From: an uncultured Nitrospiraceae bacterium
GTDB lineage: Bacteria > Nitrospirota > Nitrospiria > Nitrospirales > Nitrospiraceae
Reading direction: 5' to 3'
DNA: 64,000 bases
Assembly (NCBI GenBank): GCA_963706325.1
Contig: CAVPLT010000001.1
Location: 992,001-1,056,000, forward strand
The first letter of the stretch is position 1; every line of letters begins with the position of its first letter. The position numbers and the translations under genes were made by a program. Of the stretch, positions 22,463-33,270 are shown piece by piece. Under the pieces are notes generated by a model that made no database searches, was not told where the DNA came from, and was given only the letters and a program-made list of their open reading frames with translations.

Positions 22463-22834
22463 TCAGTCCCATTCCAACGCCCCTTTTTTCCAGGCATACC
22501 AGAACCCGACGATCAGAATGGCGATAAACACGCCCATCTCGATCAACCCTACCAACCCCAGCTTCTTGAACGCCACCGCCCAGGGAAACATAAACACGAT
22601 TTCGATGTCGAAAATCACGAAGAGCATCGCAATGATGTAATACCGAATCGGAAACTGCACGCGGGCGTCCGAAAACAACGGGCTGCCGCTCTCGTAGGGC
22701 GCGAGCTTGGCGCGATAGGGGCGGCTCGGCCGGACGATTCTCCCGACCAGCAACTGGATCGCGGCGAAGGCAACGGCGATCACCATAAAGATCAGGATCG
22801 GGATGTAATTCAGCGGAGCTGCTTCGCTACCCAT
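22463..22834 (-). CDS. nuoA: NADH-quinone oxidoreductase subunit A
   Basis: PYESG, FVIFDIE, FPWA, KKGALEWD. Confidence 0.97.
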   Translation of the reverse strand: MGSEAAPLNYIPILIFMVIAVAFAAIQLLVGRIVRPSRPYRAKLAPYESGSPLFSDARVQFPIRYYIIAMLFVIFDIEIVFMFPWAVAFKKLGLVGLIEMGVFIAILIVGFWYAWKKGALEWD

Positions 22835-24128
22835 GGCACCCCAGGCGCGAGCGAAAGGTGACGTCTGACATGCTGCCTGTCATGATTCCCATCATTTCTT
22901 GCCGGCTCTCTGCTAGGCCGGCCGATTGCGCGGGCAAAATCGACCCGAAAAACGGCTGAAACTTCAATCCGTCCAGTTCCGGCTTGGCCATGTTCGCATG
23001 CTGGACCAGGACTTTGAAGGTCCGTCCCATGCCTTCCGGTCGTAGGAGGTGAATGGCGGCAAAAAATTCCGGTGATTCCGGCTGGAGCGATTCCAGAAAT
23101 TGCTCGGCGCCCAGGCCGATCAAGAAACTCATTTGATTCGTAAACCCGGTCACGCTCAATCCTGCCGCCTGTCCCACTCTGGCCAAGGCAGTAAAATCCA
23201 CATGCGCGGTCATGTCCTGCTCGCCCACTCGGTCAAACGCATCTTCCGTGGTGGTTTGGTTGTAGTAGCAAAGGAACGTGCCTGTTTTCCGGTCCGGTCC
23301 GTAGAGGTCGTCCGCGGTGTGGCCGTAATCGATGGTCATGACAATGCCGCGATTCATCACCTGCGCTACCTGTTTCATCCAACGAAGCGCGGCCAGGTTG
23401 ATTTCAGTTCGATATGCCTCCGGCAGGGTCATATCAGCTTCTCGCACATAAGCCGCCAACTCGTCGGACAAGGGGCGGTAGACTTCCGTGAATCGATCTT
23501 CACGCCAGTCGACATACATTTCTTGTAGTTTCCCGTCGATCACCGAGATGCGGTGCACGGGAAACGCATCCACCAGTTCATTGGAAAAAAAGAAGCCGGT
23601 AATGCTGTCCGGCGGCAGATCTTCCAGGCGATCGATCCAGGTCACATGGCCGGCTTGTCCAACCCAGGGGGCGAGGTAGTGCTGTTGCAAGGTGCGCATC
23701 GCCGCGCTGCGCTCGATCAAAATGTAACGAAGGCGTCGCCCAAGGTCGGCGGGAGCATCTTGGCAGGAGGCCAAGAAATCTCGCGCGAGCAATCCCTTGC
23801 CAGGTCCCATTTCCACAATCGTGAACGGATCGGGATGGTCGAGAACGGCATCGAGTTGCTGGGCTTGCTTGGCCAGGGCCTGCCCTAGAATCGGGTGCAC
23901 ATCCGAGCTGGTATAGAAGTCGCCCGACCACCCGATGCGTTCCTTGGTGAGGTCGTCGACTGGGCGCACGTAGTAGCCGAATTGCGGATGATACAGGGCG
24001 AGATCCATAAAGCGGGCGAACGAGATCGGACCTGTCCCGGCAATTTCAGCCCTGATCTCCGCCAGAAGTTGTGGATGTCCGGTGCTCAAAGTGACACGAC
24101 CCTTGTCGGTAGTCGAGCTGCGTTTCAA
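22827..24128 (-). CDS. SAM-dependent methyltransferase, MidA/NDUFAF7 family
   Basis: FARFMDLALYHP..GYY, GDFYTS, EMGPGKG, NELVDAFP, IDYG, QDMTAHVDF. Start uncertain. Confidence 0.9.
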   Translation of the reverse strand: MKRSSTTDKGRVTLSTGHPQLLAEIRAEIAGTGPISFARFMDLALYHPQFGYYVRPVDDLTKERIGWSGDFYTSSDVHPILGQALAKQAQQLDAVLDHPDPFTIVEMGPGKGLLARDFLASCQDAPADLGRRLRYILIERSAAMRTLQQHYLAPWVGQAGHVTWIDRLEDLPPDSITGFFFSNELVDAFPVHRISVIDGKLQEMYVDWREDRFTEVYRPLSDELAAYVREADMTLPEAYRTEINLAALRWMKQVAQVMNRGIVMTIDYGHTADDLYGPDRKTGTFLCYYNQTTTEDAFDRVGEQDMTAHVDFTALARVGQAAGLSVTGFTNQMSFLIGLGAEQFLESLQPESPEFFAAIHLLRPEGMGRTFKVLVQHANMAKPELDGLKFQPFFGSILPAQSAGLAESRQEMMGIMTGSMSDVTFRSRLGCHG

Positions 24129-24303
24129 GCGTCGACGCCAGAAACCGCTCTTCTGCCGGATTCTTTAGGGAAAAGAGGGGGTTAGATTATCCGCTGGCTC
24201 AGCGGCAAGTCAAGGCGAAAAGACCCGGAACGAGAGCACAAGATGGAGAGGTAGGCGTGACCAGGAGCCGTAAGTCAGCAGGATCTTCCCGCCTCCTCTC
24301 GGA

Positions 24304-27009
24304 CTATGTTCCGTGACATTTTTTGAATTTCTTGCCGCTGCCGCAAGGACAGGGATCGTTGCGACCGACCTTCTCGGCTGGGTGTTGGGCGATTTGTGGC
24401 GTCGGTTCATCGCTACGATTGAGCACCATGCGTGGCGGCAGAACTGGTTCTGGAGGTGGCGGCGGGGGTTGCTCGCCCCTGACAGCCTGCACCCGGAACA
24501 TCCGCTCCAGCACATCCGACTTAATGCGGTCCATCATGCCGGAAAACATGTCAAACCCTTCGCGCTTGTACTCGATCAGCGGGTCTTTTTGTCCATACCC
24601 GCGCAGGCCGATCCCGTCGCGCAGATGGTCCATGCCCAGCAGATGATCTTTCCAATGGTGGTCGATCACCTGCAGGAGCAGCATTTTTTCCAAATACCGC
24701 ATCAGCTCGGAGCCCAGTTCCTGCTCTTTGTGCTCGTAGGCCTGGTGAACCTTGGTCTGGATTTCCTCAATGAGAGCATCTCGACCGACGTCCTTGAAGT
24801 GTTCGGCCACAGTGCCTCGGCCTTGCGTGATATCCAGAGCGAACTGGCCTTGCAGCGCTTCCCCGAGACCGTTGTAATCCCATTCTTCCTGATACTGTTC
24901 CGCGGAGCAGTAGGTGTCGATGAACGCCTGTACCACATCCTTCATCATGTCGTGGACATCTTGCTGAATGTGTTCACCGGCCAACACGGCGTGGCGGTGC
25001 TGGTAGATCACTTCGCGCTGCTTGTTCATCACGTCGTCATATTCGAGGAGCTGTTTGCGGATTTCGAAATTGTGCGCCTCGACTTTTTTCTGCGCGTTGG
25101 CGATGGCGCGGGTGACCATGCCATGTTCGATCGGCACGCCTTCTTCCATGCCCAACTTGAGCATCAATTGGGAGACGCGTTCGGACGCGAAAATGCGCAT
25201 GAGATCGTCTTCGAGCGACAGATAGAAGCGCGAGGATCCAGGATCGCCTTGCCGACCGGCGCGGCCGCGAAGCTGATTGTCGATGCGGCGGCTTTCATGC
25301 CGTTCAGTCCCTAAAATATGCAGTCCCCCGGCGGCGATCACGGCGTGCTTGTCCTTTTCGCAGTCGGCCTTGATCTCTTCGAAGATCTCCAGCTTGCGAG
25401 TGTCCGCCAGGCTTTCGTCTTGGTAGAGAATCCGTTTGAACAGGAAGTCGGGGTTGCCGCCCAAGAGAATATCCGTGCCGCGACCGGCCATGTTGGTCGC
25501 AATGGTCACCCCGCTTTTGCGGCCGGCTTGCGCGATAATTTCAGCCTCTTTTTCATGGAACTTGGCATTGAGCACGTTGTGCTTGATGCCGTTGCGGCTC
25601 AAATACCCCGCTAGCCGTTCGGACTTTTCGATGGAAATCGTGCCGACCAGGACCGGCTGGCCCCGTTCATGGCAATCCTTGATTTCTTCGACGATGGCCG
25701 TGAATTTTTCTTTTTCGGTGCGATAGACCACGTCCGCATAATCCTTCCGGATCATCGAGCGATTGGTCGGGACAACGTTGACGTCCAGATTATAAATCTT
25801 GGCGAATTCGCCCGCCTCCGTGTCGGCGGTGCCGGTCATGCCTGCCAGCTTCTTATACATGCGGAAATAGTTCTGGAAGGTCACCGAGGCCAGGGTCTGG
25901 TTCTCGTTGGCGATCTTGACGCCTTCTTTGGCCTCCACGGCCTGGTGCAGCCCATCGCTCCAGCGACGGCCCGGCATCAATCGGCCGGTAAACTCATCGA
26001 CGATCAGGACTTCGCCGTCTTTCACGACATAATCGACATCGCGTTTATAGAGGGCATAGGCCTGTAAGGCCTTCACAATGTGGTGCACGAGATCCATGTG
26101 CTGCAGGTCGTACAGGTTATCCACGCCCAGTAGCTTTTCGACGCGGACGTTGCCCTCTTCCGTGAGCGAGGCAGTCTTGGTTTTTTCCTCGATGGTGTAG
26201 TCGTGTTCCGGCTTGAGCTGCGGGATGATCGAATTGATCCGGTAATAGAGATCGGTGGTTTGATCGGTCGGACCCGAAATGATCAGCGGCGTTCGCGCTT
26301 CGTCGATCAAGATGCTGTCCACCTCGTCCACAATGGCGAAATGCAGGGGCCGCTGCACACACTGGCTCAGGTCACTGACGATGAGGTTGTCTCGAAGATA
26401 GTCGAAGCCGTATTCGTTATTGGTGCCGTAGGTAATCTCAGCGCGATAGGCTTCATGCCGGCTGCAAGGTCGCAAGTGCTGAAGCCGCTTGTCGGCCGCT
26501 TCATACGTCGGGTCATAGAGAAAAGACGCATCGTGCTGAATGATACCGACGGAAAGGCCGAGCGCGTGGTAGAGCTGGGCCATCCATTGGGCGTCGCGTT
26601 TGGCCAGGTAATCGTTGACGGTGACGAGGTGGGCGCCTTTTCCTTCCAGCGCGTTCAGGTAGAGCGGAAGGGTGGCGACTAAGGTTTTGCCTTCACCGGT
26701 CTTCATTTCAGCGATCCGACCCTTGTTCAGGATCATGCCGCCGATCAACTGCACGTCGAAGTGCCGCATGTTCAAGCGGCGGCGAGACATTTCACGGCAG
26801 ACGGCGAAGGCCTCGGGCAAAATGTCGTCGAGCGTTTCTCCAGCCTCGACACGCTTTTTAAATTCCTGAGTTTTATCGGCCAAGGCCTGATCGGAGAGCG
26901 GCGTCAGGCTGGATTCGAGGCCGTTGATCCGCTCGACGATCGGGCGCAATGCCTTGATCTCGCGATCATTTTTACTTCCGAAGACTATGTTCAATACTTG
27001 TGTCAGCAT
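24304..27009 (-). CDS. secA: Preprotein translocase subunit SecA
   Basis: [34 protein letters not shown]-terminal [18 protein letters not shown]. Confidence 0.99.
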   Translation of the reverse strand: MLTQVLNIVFGSKNDREIKALRPIVERINGLESSLTPLSDQALADKTQEFKKRVEAGETLDDILPEAFAVCREMSRRRLNMRHFDVQLIGGMILNKGRIAEMKTGEGKTLVATLPLYLNALEGKGAHLVTVNDYLAKRDAQWMAQLYHALGLSVGIIQHDASFLYDPTYEAADKRLQHLRPCSRHEAYRAEITYGTNNEYGFDYLRDNLIVSDLSQCVQRPLHFAIVDEVDSILIDEARTPLIISGPTDQTTDLYYRINSIIPQLKPEHDYTIEEKTKTASLTEEGNVRVEKLLGVDNLYDLQHMDLVHHIVKALQAYALYKRDVDYVVKDGEVLIVDEFTGRLMPGRRWSDGLHQAVEAKEGVKIANENQTLASVTFQNYFRMYKKLAGMTGTADTEAGEFAKIYNLDVNVVPTNRSMIRKDYADVVYRTEKEKFTAIVEEIKDCHERGQPVLVGTISIEKSERLAGYLSRNGIKHNVLNAKFHEKEAEIIAQAGRKSGVTIATNMAGRGTDILLGGNPDFLFKRILYQDESLADTRKLEIFEEIKADCEKDKHAVIAAGGLHILGTERHESRRIDNQLRGRAGRQGDPGSSRFYLSLEDDLMRIFASERVSQLMLKLGMEEGVPIEHGMVTRAIANAQKKVEAHNFEIRKQLLEYDDVMNKQREVIYQHRHAVLAGEHIQQDVHDMMKDVVQAFIDTYCSAEQYQEEWDYNGLGEALQGQFALDITQGRGTVAEHFKDVGRDALIEEIQTKVHQAYEHKEQELGSELMRYLEKMLLLQVIDHHWKDHLLGMDHLRDGIGLRGYGQKDPLIEYKREGFDMFSGMMDRIKSDVLERMFRVQAVRGEQPPPPPPEPVLPPRMVLNRSDEPTPQIAQHPAEKVGRNDPCPCGSGKKFKKCHGT

Positions 27010-27251
27010 GCAGACGTACCTTCATTTTCACGAGCGAGGCCCGAAAGGGGCGCATCGGCTCGGCGGCGGAGTATACAGGAATCCATGGGTGAATCCTACC
27101 GAAACAGCGGTCATGGTCTCAACTGCTTCGCAGAGACGCGCTACGATGAGATCCCTCTCATTGCTTTCGAGGGACCTGCCGTCTATAGTGGGGCCGTCAT
27201 TCCGCCGACACGTTCGGCAAAGATCACCCACGAATTTAACTGCGGATCTCG

Positions 27252-28331
27252 ATGCGGCGTGCAGCCAGTCTCTCGCGTAGCTTACTCACCAGCCTTTCGC
27301 TCATTTGCATGGTCTGTATTTTCTCAGCTTCCGACTCGACGGCGGCTTCGGCCCCGCAATCAGAATCGGCCCGGCGAAGCTATGAACTGGGCGTCACACT
27401 CTTTCGCGAAGGCAATGCGGACGGCGCGATCGAGGCGTTGAAGAAGGCGATCGCGCAAAATCCCAAGCTGGCCGAGGCCTATCATGTGCTGGGGTTGGTG
27501 TACTTTCAGAGTAAGCGGAATCCCGATGGAGCGATCCAGGCCTACAAGCAATCGCTGAAACTCATACCGCCATCCGCGGAAATTCTGAACGATCTGGCCG
27601 ATGTGTATCTCGCACAGGGACGGGGAAGCGAAGCCGAACAAGTGTTGCGCCAGGCCCTGGACATTGCGCCGGGCAACGAAGAGGCCCATCTGGATTTGGC
27701 GCGGATTTATGAAGAGCGGCACGATCGCCCCAACGCGGTGAAAATGTACCAGTCATTATTGCGTGTCCGACCCGACCATGCCGAGGCTTTGTACCACCTG
27801 GCCAATCTCTACGATAGTCAAGGTGACCTCAAGATGGCCCGTGAGCAACTATCGCGCCTCACGCAGGCGAATCCGCGGCATGCCGATGCCTGGTACCTCC
27901 TCGGGCGACTCGCGGAGCGAGGGAACGACTTGAACGCCGCAGCCGCCGCGTTCAATCAGGCCATTGCGGTGAAGCCGGACCTGGTCGATGCCCACTACAA
28001 CTTGGGCTTCGTGTTTCGCAGCCAGGGTCTCCTTTTAGAGGCCGAACGAGAGTTTTTGGAGGTGATTCGATATCGCCCCGAATATGCGGAGGCCCATTTG
28101 AATTTGGGCATGGTCTATACCAACTTGAATCGATTGGATGAGGCGGAGAAAGAACATGAGCGGGCCGTGGCCCTCAAGCCGACCTCGGCGGAGGCCCACT
28201 ATAACCTGGGAGTCTTTTACGAACTTCACCGCAAGGACATGGGCCGAGCCCTGGCGCAATACCGGCGGTATCGGGATCTGGGCGGGCGAGATGAACGGGT
28301 GGAGCGCATCATCGGAATGGGCGGACCCTAG
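27252..28331 (+). CDS. Secreted tetratricopeptide repeat protein
   Basis: Signal-like N-terminus and repeated P-x2-AEA-x-YNLG TPR units. Confidence 0.9.
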   Translation: MRRAASLSRSLLTSLSLICMVCIFSASDSTAASAPQSESARRSYELGVTLFREGNADGAIEALKKAIAQNPKLAEAYHVLGLVYFQSKRNPDGAIQAYKQSLKLIPPSAEILNDLADVYLAQGRGSEAEQVLRQALDIAPGNEEAHLDLARIYEERHDRPNAVKMYQSLLRVRPDHAEALYHLANLYDSQGDLKMAREQLSRLTQANPRHADAWYLLGRLAERGNDLNAAAAAFNQAIAVKPDLVDAHYNLGFVFRSQGLLLEAEREFLEVIRYRPEYAEAHLNLGMVYTNLNRLDEAEKEHERAVALKPTSAEAHYNLGVFYELHRKDMGRALAQYRRYRDLGGRDERVERIIGMGGP

Positions 28332-28352
28332 CTCAGGAGGAAGGATATCGCG

Positions 28353-28382
28353 TTGACGCTTCCCCGCCCCATTTGTTAATCT
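28353..28382 (+). promoter_or_regulatory. Putative sigma70 promoter for RAPP leader 1
   Basis: TTGACG-N18-TAATCT, with TG upstream of the -10. Confidence 0.4.
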
Positions 28383-28414
28383 GCCCAATAGGCCTTTGCA
28401 TCCTGGTTTTATCT

Positions 28415-28726
28415 ATGCGCAATCCGATCTTCAAAAGCACGGTGTGGGTCGTCGCATTCGCCGTCCTGGCCATACTGGCCGTCACGACCGGCAGCGCGGT
28501 TGCGCACGAACTGCAACATGCGGCCCATCACAACGCGGGCAATCACGGCTCCGGCATTTGTGCCTGGATGTGTGCAACCGCAGGCGTGCATGTGGTCACG
28601 CCCTTGCATTCTCCGCATCTGTTCGCGGTGGCCGGTGACGTGTCGTTCCGTGTCGATATCGTGCGCGTTCCCCATTTACTCGCCCCGAGTCGCCCCCGCG
28701 CTCCTCCTGTAGTCACCTCACTGTAG
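28415..28726 (+). CDS. DUF2946/CruR-like leader peptide 1 (signal/TM, His-rich, CAWMC, C-terminal RAPP)
   Basis: MRNPIFKSTVWVVAFAVLAILAV..AHELQHAAHHNAGNHGSGICAWMC...PSRPRAPPVVTSL. Confidence 0.75.
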   Translation: MRNPIFKSTVWVVAFAVLAILAVTTGSAVAHELQHAAHHNAGNHGSGICAWMCATAGVHVVTPLHSPHLFAVAGDVSFRVDIVRVPHLLAPSRPRAPPVVTSL

Positions 28727-29223
28727 TCTACGTTGTGCCCTTACTCGCTCCGTGACTGCTGTCGCAGAGCCCGAGAACCAGTTCGGCGAGGTGTCTCGCA
28801 TGCTGGGGGTGCATTTCTGATTTCAGAGGGTCGAATACTAGGACACTGTGATGATCCCTGTACGTGAGATTGGCGTTGGCGTTTGTGGTGCTGCAACCCT
28901 GCTGACCCTCGTCGGCCTCAGCAGCCGTGTCTCTAACCAGAATGAGCTCCCGGCGGTCACACTGTTTGGGGCCCCGCTTACACTCGTTCAGTCCACGACG
29001 GCGCTGTCTCCCCCCACACTTCGGTTTCATCGCGATGGACGTCTGCACGCGGGCAGGATTGAAAAAACGCGGCGCAGTGAGAGGTGAAGAAGGTAGCGTC
29101 GACCTGGACCGAACATGGCGTCCCACACTACAGAACTATCGTACAACAAGGGCAATTGTCGCGTGTCGTGACACGCTAGCGCGGTCCGGCGATTCCCATT
29201 AAAGAAGGAGCAAGGGAAGAGTC

Positions 29224-29682
29224 ATGAAGACGCAGGTGGATCAGCGGGCGGGACGGATGGGGCTCTATGGGTTGGTCGGACTGGCGCTCCTGCTGTGGGT
29301 GCCGAATGTGTCCGCTGCCGATGGAAAAGCTGAGAAGTCGTTCACGATGGCAGTCACTGACCAGCAGGGGGTCGAGACCGAGCTCAAGAACGGCATCTTT
29401 TATTGGGAAGAAAAAATGAGTGAGACCTCGTTTGTCCCGCATGAGTTGCGGCATCTGCCGGCCAGGCGTGGCACGGCGACCGTCAATATCAAGTTCGACC
29501 AGATCAAGCAGATTGAGATCAAGCCGGGCGCCGACAAGACCGGGCCGGCCATGACGGTGACCTTGACGAACGGCAAGAACGGAGAGTTTATGCCTGCCGT
29601 CAGCGGCAGCTTCAAGGGCGAATCGGATTTCGGTCAGGTCGAGGTGCCTATCGGATCTGTTTCCAAGGTGATGTTTAAGTAA
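29224..29682 (+). CDS. Secreted hypothetical protein
   Basis: Signal peptide (LLLWVPNVSAA), purine-rich RBS, typical codon usage. Confidence 0.75.
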   Translation: MKTQVDQRAGRMGLYGLVGLALLLWVPNVSAADGKAEKSFTMAVTDQQGVETELKNGIFYWEEKMSETSFVPHELRHLPARRGTATVNIKFDQIKQIEIKPGADKTGPAMTVTLTNGKNGEFMPAVSGSFKGESDFGQVEVPIGSVSKVMFK

Positions 29683-29715
29683 GGGCGGAACCAATCGTTC
29701 GGAAGGGAGTGTCTC

Positions 29716-30813
29716 ATGGAGAACGTGCTGGTGGCGCAATCGTGGCAACCGAGGCGATCGATGACAGGGTGGGGAGCGTCGCTCCTGCTGCACGCTTGTC
29801 TCGCGCTCGCTGCATTCGGACTCATGCCGAAGATGGTCATGATGGTGGAGAAAGAGCCGTTCACATGGGACGTGGCCCTCGTCGAGGCACCGCGCCAGGA
29901 AGCGCCGGCTCCGGTGCCACAGGTGCACCCTCCCGTTCCTACGCCGGTGAAGCCGCGACCTGAGCCGGTGCGTGCCGTACAACCGCCGCCTCAGCCGATG
30001 CCACGTCAGGTCGAAACGCGCGTGGTGCCTCAAGCGATCCAGCGTGAGGTGCAGCCGGTCGTCGAGACAGTTCGTCCTCAAGAACAGATTCAGCCGTCCA
30101 GGGAAGTGGTGCAGATGCAAGCGAAGCCCATCGAGCCGCAAGCGAAGCCGTTGATACAAGCGGCAGTGCCGGCTGAGGTGGTGCGGGAAACCGCTCCGGC
30201 GGTCGAGCAGACGGTGGTTGAGTCGACGTCCGTTGCAGCTCACACGTATGAGGCTCAGCCGGTCGTCAGTACGCCGACGGTGATGGAGACGAAACCTGCC
30301 CCCGTTGTCACGGCGAATGCTCCGGTCGTGCAGGGTCCTCCCGCTGCTGAACCGGCGCCCCCGAGTCAGGCACCAGCCGCGGAGGCAGTTCCCGCTCCTC
30401 CGGCTCCGGCAGAACCGGTTAGCGCACCGCCTGCCCCTGTCGTCGCAGCCGAGCCTGATCCGGCCACATTGCAAGAGCATCAAGTCGTGGCGCGCATGAC
30501 GACGCCGAGGCCGGCCACCAAAGCCGACTATGGCTGGCTGGCCGAATCGCTGCATCGCCGTATCATCGAATTGCGACATTATCCCAGCACCGCCCGCTTG
30601 AACGGTTGGGAAGGCAAGGTCGTGCTGAAGGTTTCCATCCGTCAGGATGGGCAGTTGAAAGAGGTCGAGGTGGTGAAAAGTTCCGGACATGAATCGCTGG
30701 ATCAGGCGGCGATAGAGGCGGTGCGGCGCGCCTGTCCGCTTCACATGAAGCATGAATTGACCGCGCCGATGGTCGTCCTGCATTTGCCGGTCAGTTACAG
30801 TTTGAACCGTTAG
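29716..30813 (+). CDS. tonB: Energy transducer TonB
   Basis: N-terminal TM with S-x3-H, long Pro/Gln-rich linker, YP-x2-AR-x2-GWEG..KSSG..LDQAA. Confidence 0.92.
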   Translation: MENVLVAQSWQPRRSMTGWGASLLLHACLALAAFGLMPKMVMMVEKEPFTWDVALVEAPRQEAPAPVPQVHPPVPTPVKPRPEPVRAVQPPPQPMPRQVETRVVPQAIQREVQPVVETVRPQEQIQPSREVVQMQAKPIEPQAKPLIQAAVPAEVVRETAPAVEQTVVESTSVAAHTYEAQPVVSTPTVMETKPAPVVTANAPVVQGPPAAEPAPPSQAPAAEAVPAPPAPAEPVSAPPAPVVAAEPDPATLQEHQVVARMTTPRPATKADYGWLAESLHRRIIELRHYPSTARLNGWEGKVVLKVSIRQDGQLKEVEVVKSSGHESLDQAAIEAVRRACPLHMKHELTAPMVVLHLPVSYSLNR

Positions 30814-30921
30814 CAGGACGTTGTAAACGATCCCCAGCTTCATGTTCGCGGCGCTCAGCAGCTCAACGTATGGGAGTACTCCTCCCTACGGCCTCGCTAG
30901 ATGCCAATTTTGACCATCCTG
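30814..30921 (+). repeat. Family-A element (degenerate) starting at the tonB stop
   Basis: TAG|CAGGACGTTGTAAA...TCAACGTA...CGGCCTCG...TTTTGACCATCCTG. Confidence 0.75.
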
Positions 30922-31001
30922 CTGGCCGTTTTGGAAGGAATAAATCGCTGGATCTCTCCATTAGAGGATTCGGCAATGACACCGATGACAGAGAGGGTGC
31001 G

Positions 31002-32282
31002 ATGATGAGCAATCCTGCGAGATTCACCGGTGTGTTGTTTACGGTGTGCTTGGGCGTGGCGGCCCAATCGGCGCCGGCACAGTCCGAGCCGAGTCTCCCG
31101 TATGAACTCGGTGTGAAATTTGTGACCGAGCACAAGGTGAAGAGCGTCGTTGGTCCGTCCGTGCAGGTAGACGAGCAGGGGCAGGTCTCCTTGGCTTGGA
31201 TGGAGGAAGACAAGGATGTCCGCTCCGTCCTCTTTGCTCGGAGTGCCGCGCCCGGTGGACCGATGGGGTCGCCGGTGCGAGTGAATCGTCCGGAGGAAGT
31301 CCCCTACTGGAGACAGGAAGCGCCTGCCCTGGTGGTGCAAGGGGACGAGGTATTTGTGACGTGGGGCCTCACACCTCATAAGGCAACCCCGCAGCAACCG
31401 TTCGCGACGGAGTTGCGCTTGAGCCGTTCAAGCGACCGGGGACAGACGTTTCAGCCATCGGTGATCGTGAACGATGATCCGGGCGTCATTCAACATGCTT
31501 TCGATGCGCTGCATCGCGACTCGGATGGCCGTTTGCACCTGTCATGGATCGATGGACGTGACGGAAAGAAAGATCCAGGGACCTATGTGGCCCGATCACT
31601 GGACCGCGGCCAAACCGTGACGAAAAATATGAAGGTGGATGAAGGCACCTGTGTCTGCTGCCGCACGGCGATCACCAGCGGCCCGGACGGGATGGTCTAT
31701 GTGGCCTGGCGAAAAATATTCGAGGGAAATGTTCGCGAAACCGTCGTCGCTCGTTCGACCGATCACGGCGACACGTTCGAGGCCTCCGTCATAGTCGGCC
31801 ACGATGAATGGGTGTTCCCTGCTTGCCCGCATCGTCCAGCCTCCATGGGCGTCGACCGGCAAGGCCGGCTCTATGTGGTGTGGTACACGGAAGGGATGGA
31901 CGAAATCCCCGCCGTCTACATCGCCCATTCGGACGACCGGGGAAAGAGCTTTTCTGAAAAACGGAAGTTGAACGTTTCCAAGAATACGTTTCCCGACCAT
32001 CCGCAGATTGCAGTCGATCCGGAGGGGCGCATCGTGGCGGTGTGGGAGGAGCAGGCGCCGGTGAAGCGTGATGTGGTGATGAGTGTCTCGACCGATCGAG
32101 GAGAGACGTTTACGGCCCCGCAGAAGGTGAATGAGAAAAAGAGCCAGACCCCCGTCGTAGCGGTGAATGCACTGGGGGTGTTTGCCATGGCTTGGATGGA
32201 ACATGGCATGCCGGGTCATAAAATTGTAATGCAGACGGTAACGGCTCCATCGGTGAAAGTGACGGCTGAGCCAGTACGATAG
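31002..32282 (+). CDS. Secreted BNR/Asp-box (sialidase-like) beta-propeller protein
   Basis: Repeated S-x-D-x-G-x-T/S-F Asp boxes; CVCC and CPH motifs. Confidence 0.85.
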   Translation: MMSNPARFTGVLFTVCLGVAAQSAPAQSEPSLPYELGVKFVTEHKVKSVVGPSVQVDEQGQVSLAWMEEDKDVRSVLFARSAAPGGPMGSPVRVNRPEEVPYWRQEAPALVVQGDEVFVTWGLTPHKATPQQPFATELRLSRSSDRGQTFQPSVIVNDDPGVIQHAFDALHRDSDGRLHLSWIDGRDGKKDPGTYVARSLDRGQTVTKNMKVDEGTCVCCRTAITSGPDGMVYVAWRKIFEGNVRETVVARSTDHGDTFEASVIVGHDEWVFPACPHRPASMGVDRQGRLYVVWYTEGMDEIPAVYIAHSDDRGKSFSEKRKLNVSKNTFPDHPQIAVDPEGRIVAVWEEQAPVKRDVVMSVSTDRGETFTAPQKVNEKKSQTPVVAVNALGVFAMAWMEHGMPGHKIVMQTVTAPSVKVTAEPVR

Positions 32283-32294
32283 TCGGGCGGGCTT

Positions 32295-32843
32295 GTGATT
32301 GGAACGATGATGCTGACGGGATTATTCAGGAGCCTCATCCTGGCGGCCGTTGTGGTGGGCATGACGACCGGCCATGCATGGGCCGGCGATCCCTTCACCA
32401 CGCTCAAAATTGCGCGGGTCGCGCCGGGCACTGCCGCTACAGCCTTCGAGCTGCAGTCGTTGGATGGCACATTGGTTCGACTCTCGGACATGAAGGGGAA
32501 AGTCGTCATCGTGAATTTCTGGGCCACCTGGTGCGGCCCCTGTAAGGATGAAATGCCGGCCTTCGAACGGTTGCGGCAAAAGCTGGACCCCGAACGCTTC
32601 GCTCTGCTGACGGTCACAACCGACCTCCAACGAAACGGCATCAAGCAATTTTTGGCGAACCTGCATGTGCAACTCCCGGTCTTGTTCGATGAGCAGCAGG
32701 ATGTCTCACAGGCCTACCTGGTGCGCGCACTGCCGACGACGGTGCTCATTGACCGACAGGGTACTCTCGTCGGGCGCGCGGTTGGACCTCGCGAGTGGGA
32801 TGCGCCGCAGACCGTTCGACTGCTGCAGGACATGATGCAATGA
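32295..32843 (+). CDS. TlpA/ResA-like thiol-disulfide oxidoreductase
   Basis: VNFWATWCGPC, LPTT, GPREWD. Confidence 0.92.
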   Translation: MIGTMMLTGLFRSLILAAVVVGMTTGHAWAGDPFTTLKIARVAPGTAATAFELQSLDGTLVRLSDMKGKVVIVNFWATWCGPCKDEMPAFERLRQKLDPERFALLTVTTDLQRNGIKQFLANLHVQLPVLFDEQQDVSQAYLVRALPTTVLIDRQGTLVGRAVGPREWDAPQTVRLLQDMMQ

Positions 32844-33160
32844 CCCGCATGAAGAAACCGTTCGTCAGCCTTGCGGCATTTCTGGCGGCCACCTATCTCG
32901 TCCTGGCGGTTATTTCCGTCGCCTGTGCGTTCGAGCATGGCTTGGCGCAGCCATCGGGCCATCACCATGGCGGTACCGTTTCGCACTCCAGTTTCTGCAC
33001 GTGGGTCTGCCAAGCAGATCCTATTTCGGATGCCGGGCCTTCCGCTCTTGTGATGCACCCGTATTTTGTGGCCTCGCCATGCGTTGAGTGTGCCCACGCC
33101 GTCATTGCGGGCGGGTCTGGGTTCTACGCCGCCTCCCGTGCGCCTCCCGTTCAGTTGTAA
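32840..33160 (+). CDS. DUF2946/CruR-like leader peptide 2 (TM, His-rich, CTWVC, C-terminal RAPP)
   Basis: ATGA overlap with tlpA; ...CAFEHG..GHHHGG..HSSFCTWVC...CVEC...ASRAPPVQL; directly upstream of a TonB-dependent receptor. Confidence 0.78.
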   Translation: MTRMKKPFVSLAAFLAATYLVLAVISVACAFEHGLAQPSGHHHGGTVSHSSFCTWVCQADPISDAGPSALVMHPYFVASPCVECAHAVIAGGSGFYAASRAPPVQL

Positions 33161-33270
33161 ATCCATTCCATATTGTTGGTTGTGCCAGCCACTCTTGCCG
33201 TCCGTTCTGACAAGGACGACGGGGGTGGTGTCTCTGCTGTCATGCGCAGAGTTGCGCCAGGAGGAAGTAT

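Noticed and set aside
7434..22834. Possible unusual (2M-type) complex I
   Set aside because: Single nuoM with nuoEFG present; a conventional operon apart from the common C/D fusion.
29176..30843. 555-aa minus-strand ORF
   Set aside because: Antisense to tonB and its upstream gene; low-complexity shadow.
30870..31001. Extended N-terminus of the BNR protein in the ORF track
   Set aside because: Begins inside a family-A repeat; the signal peptide and RBS fit 31002.
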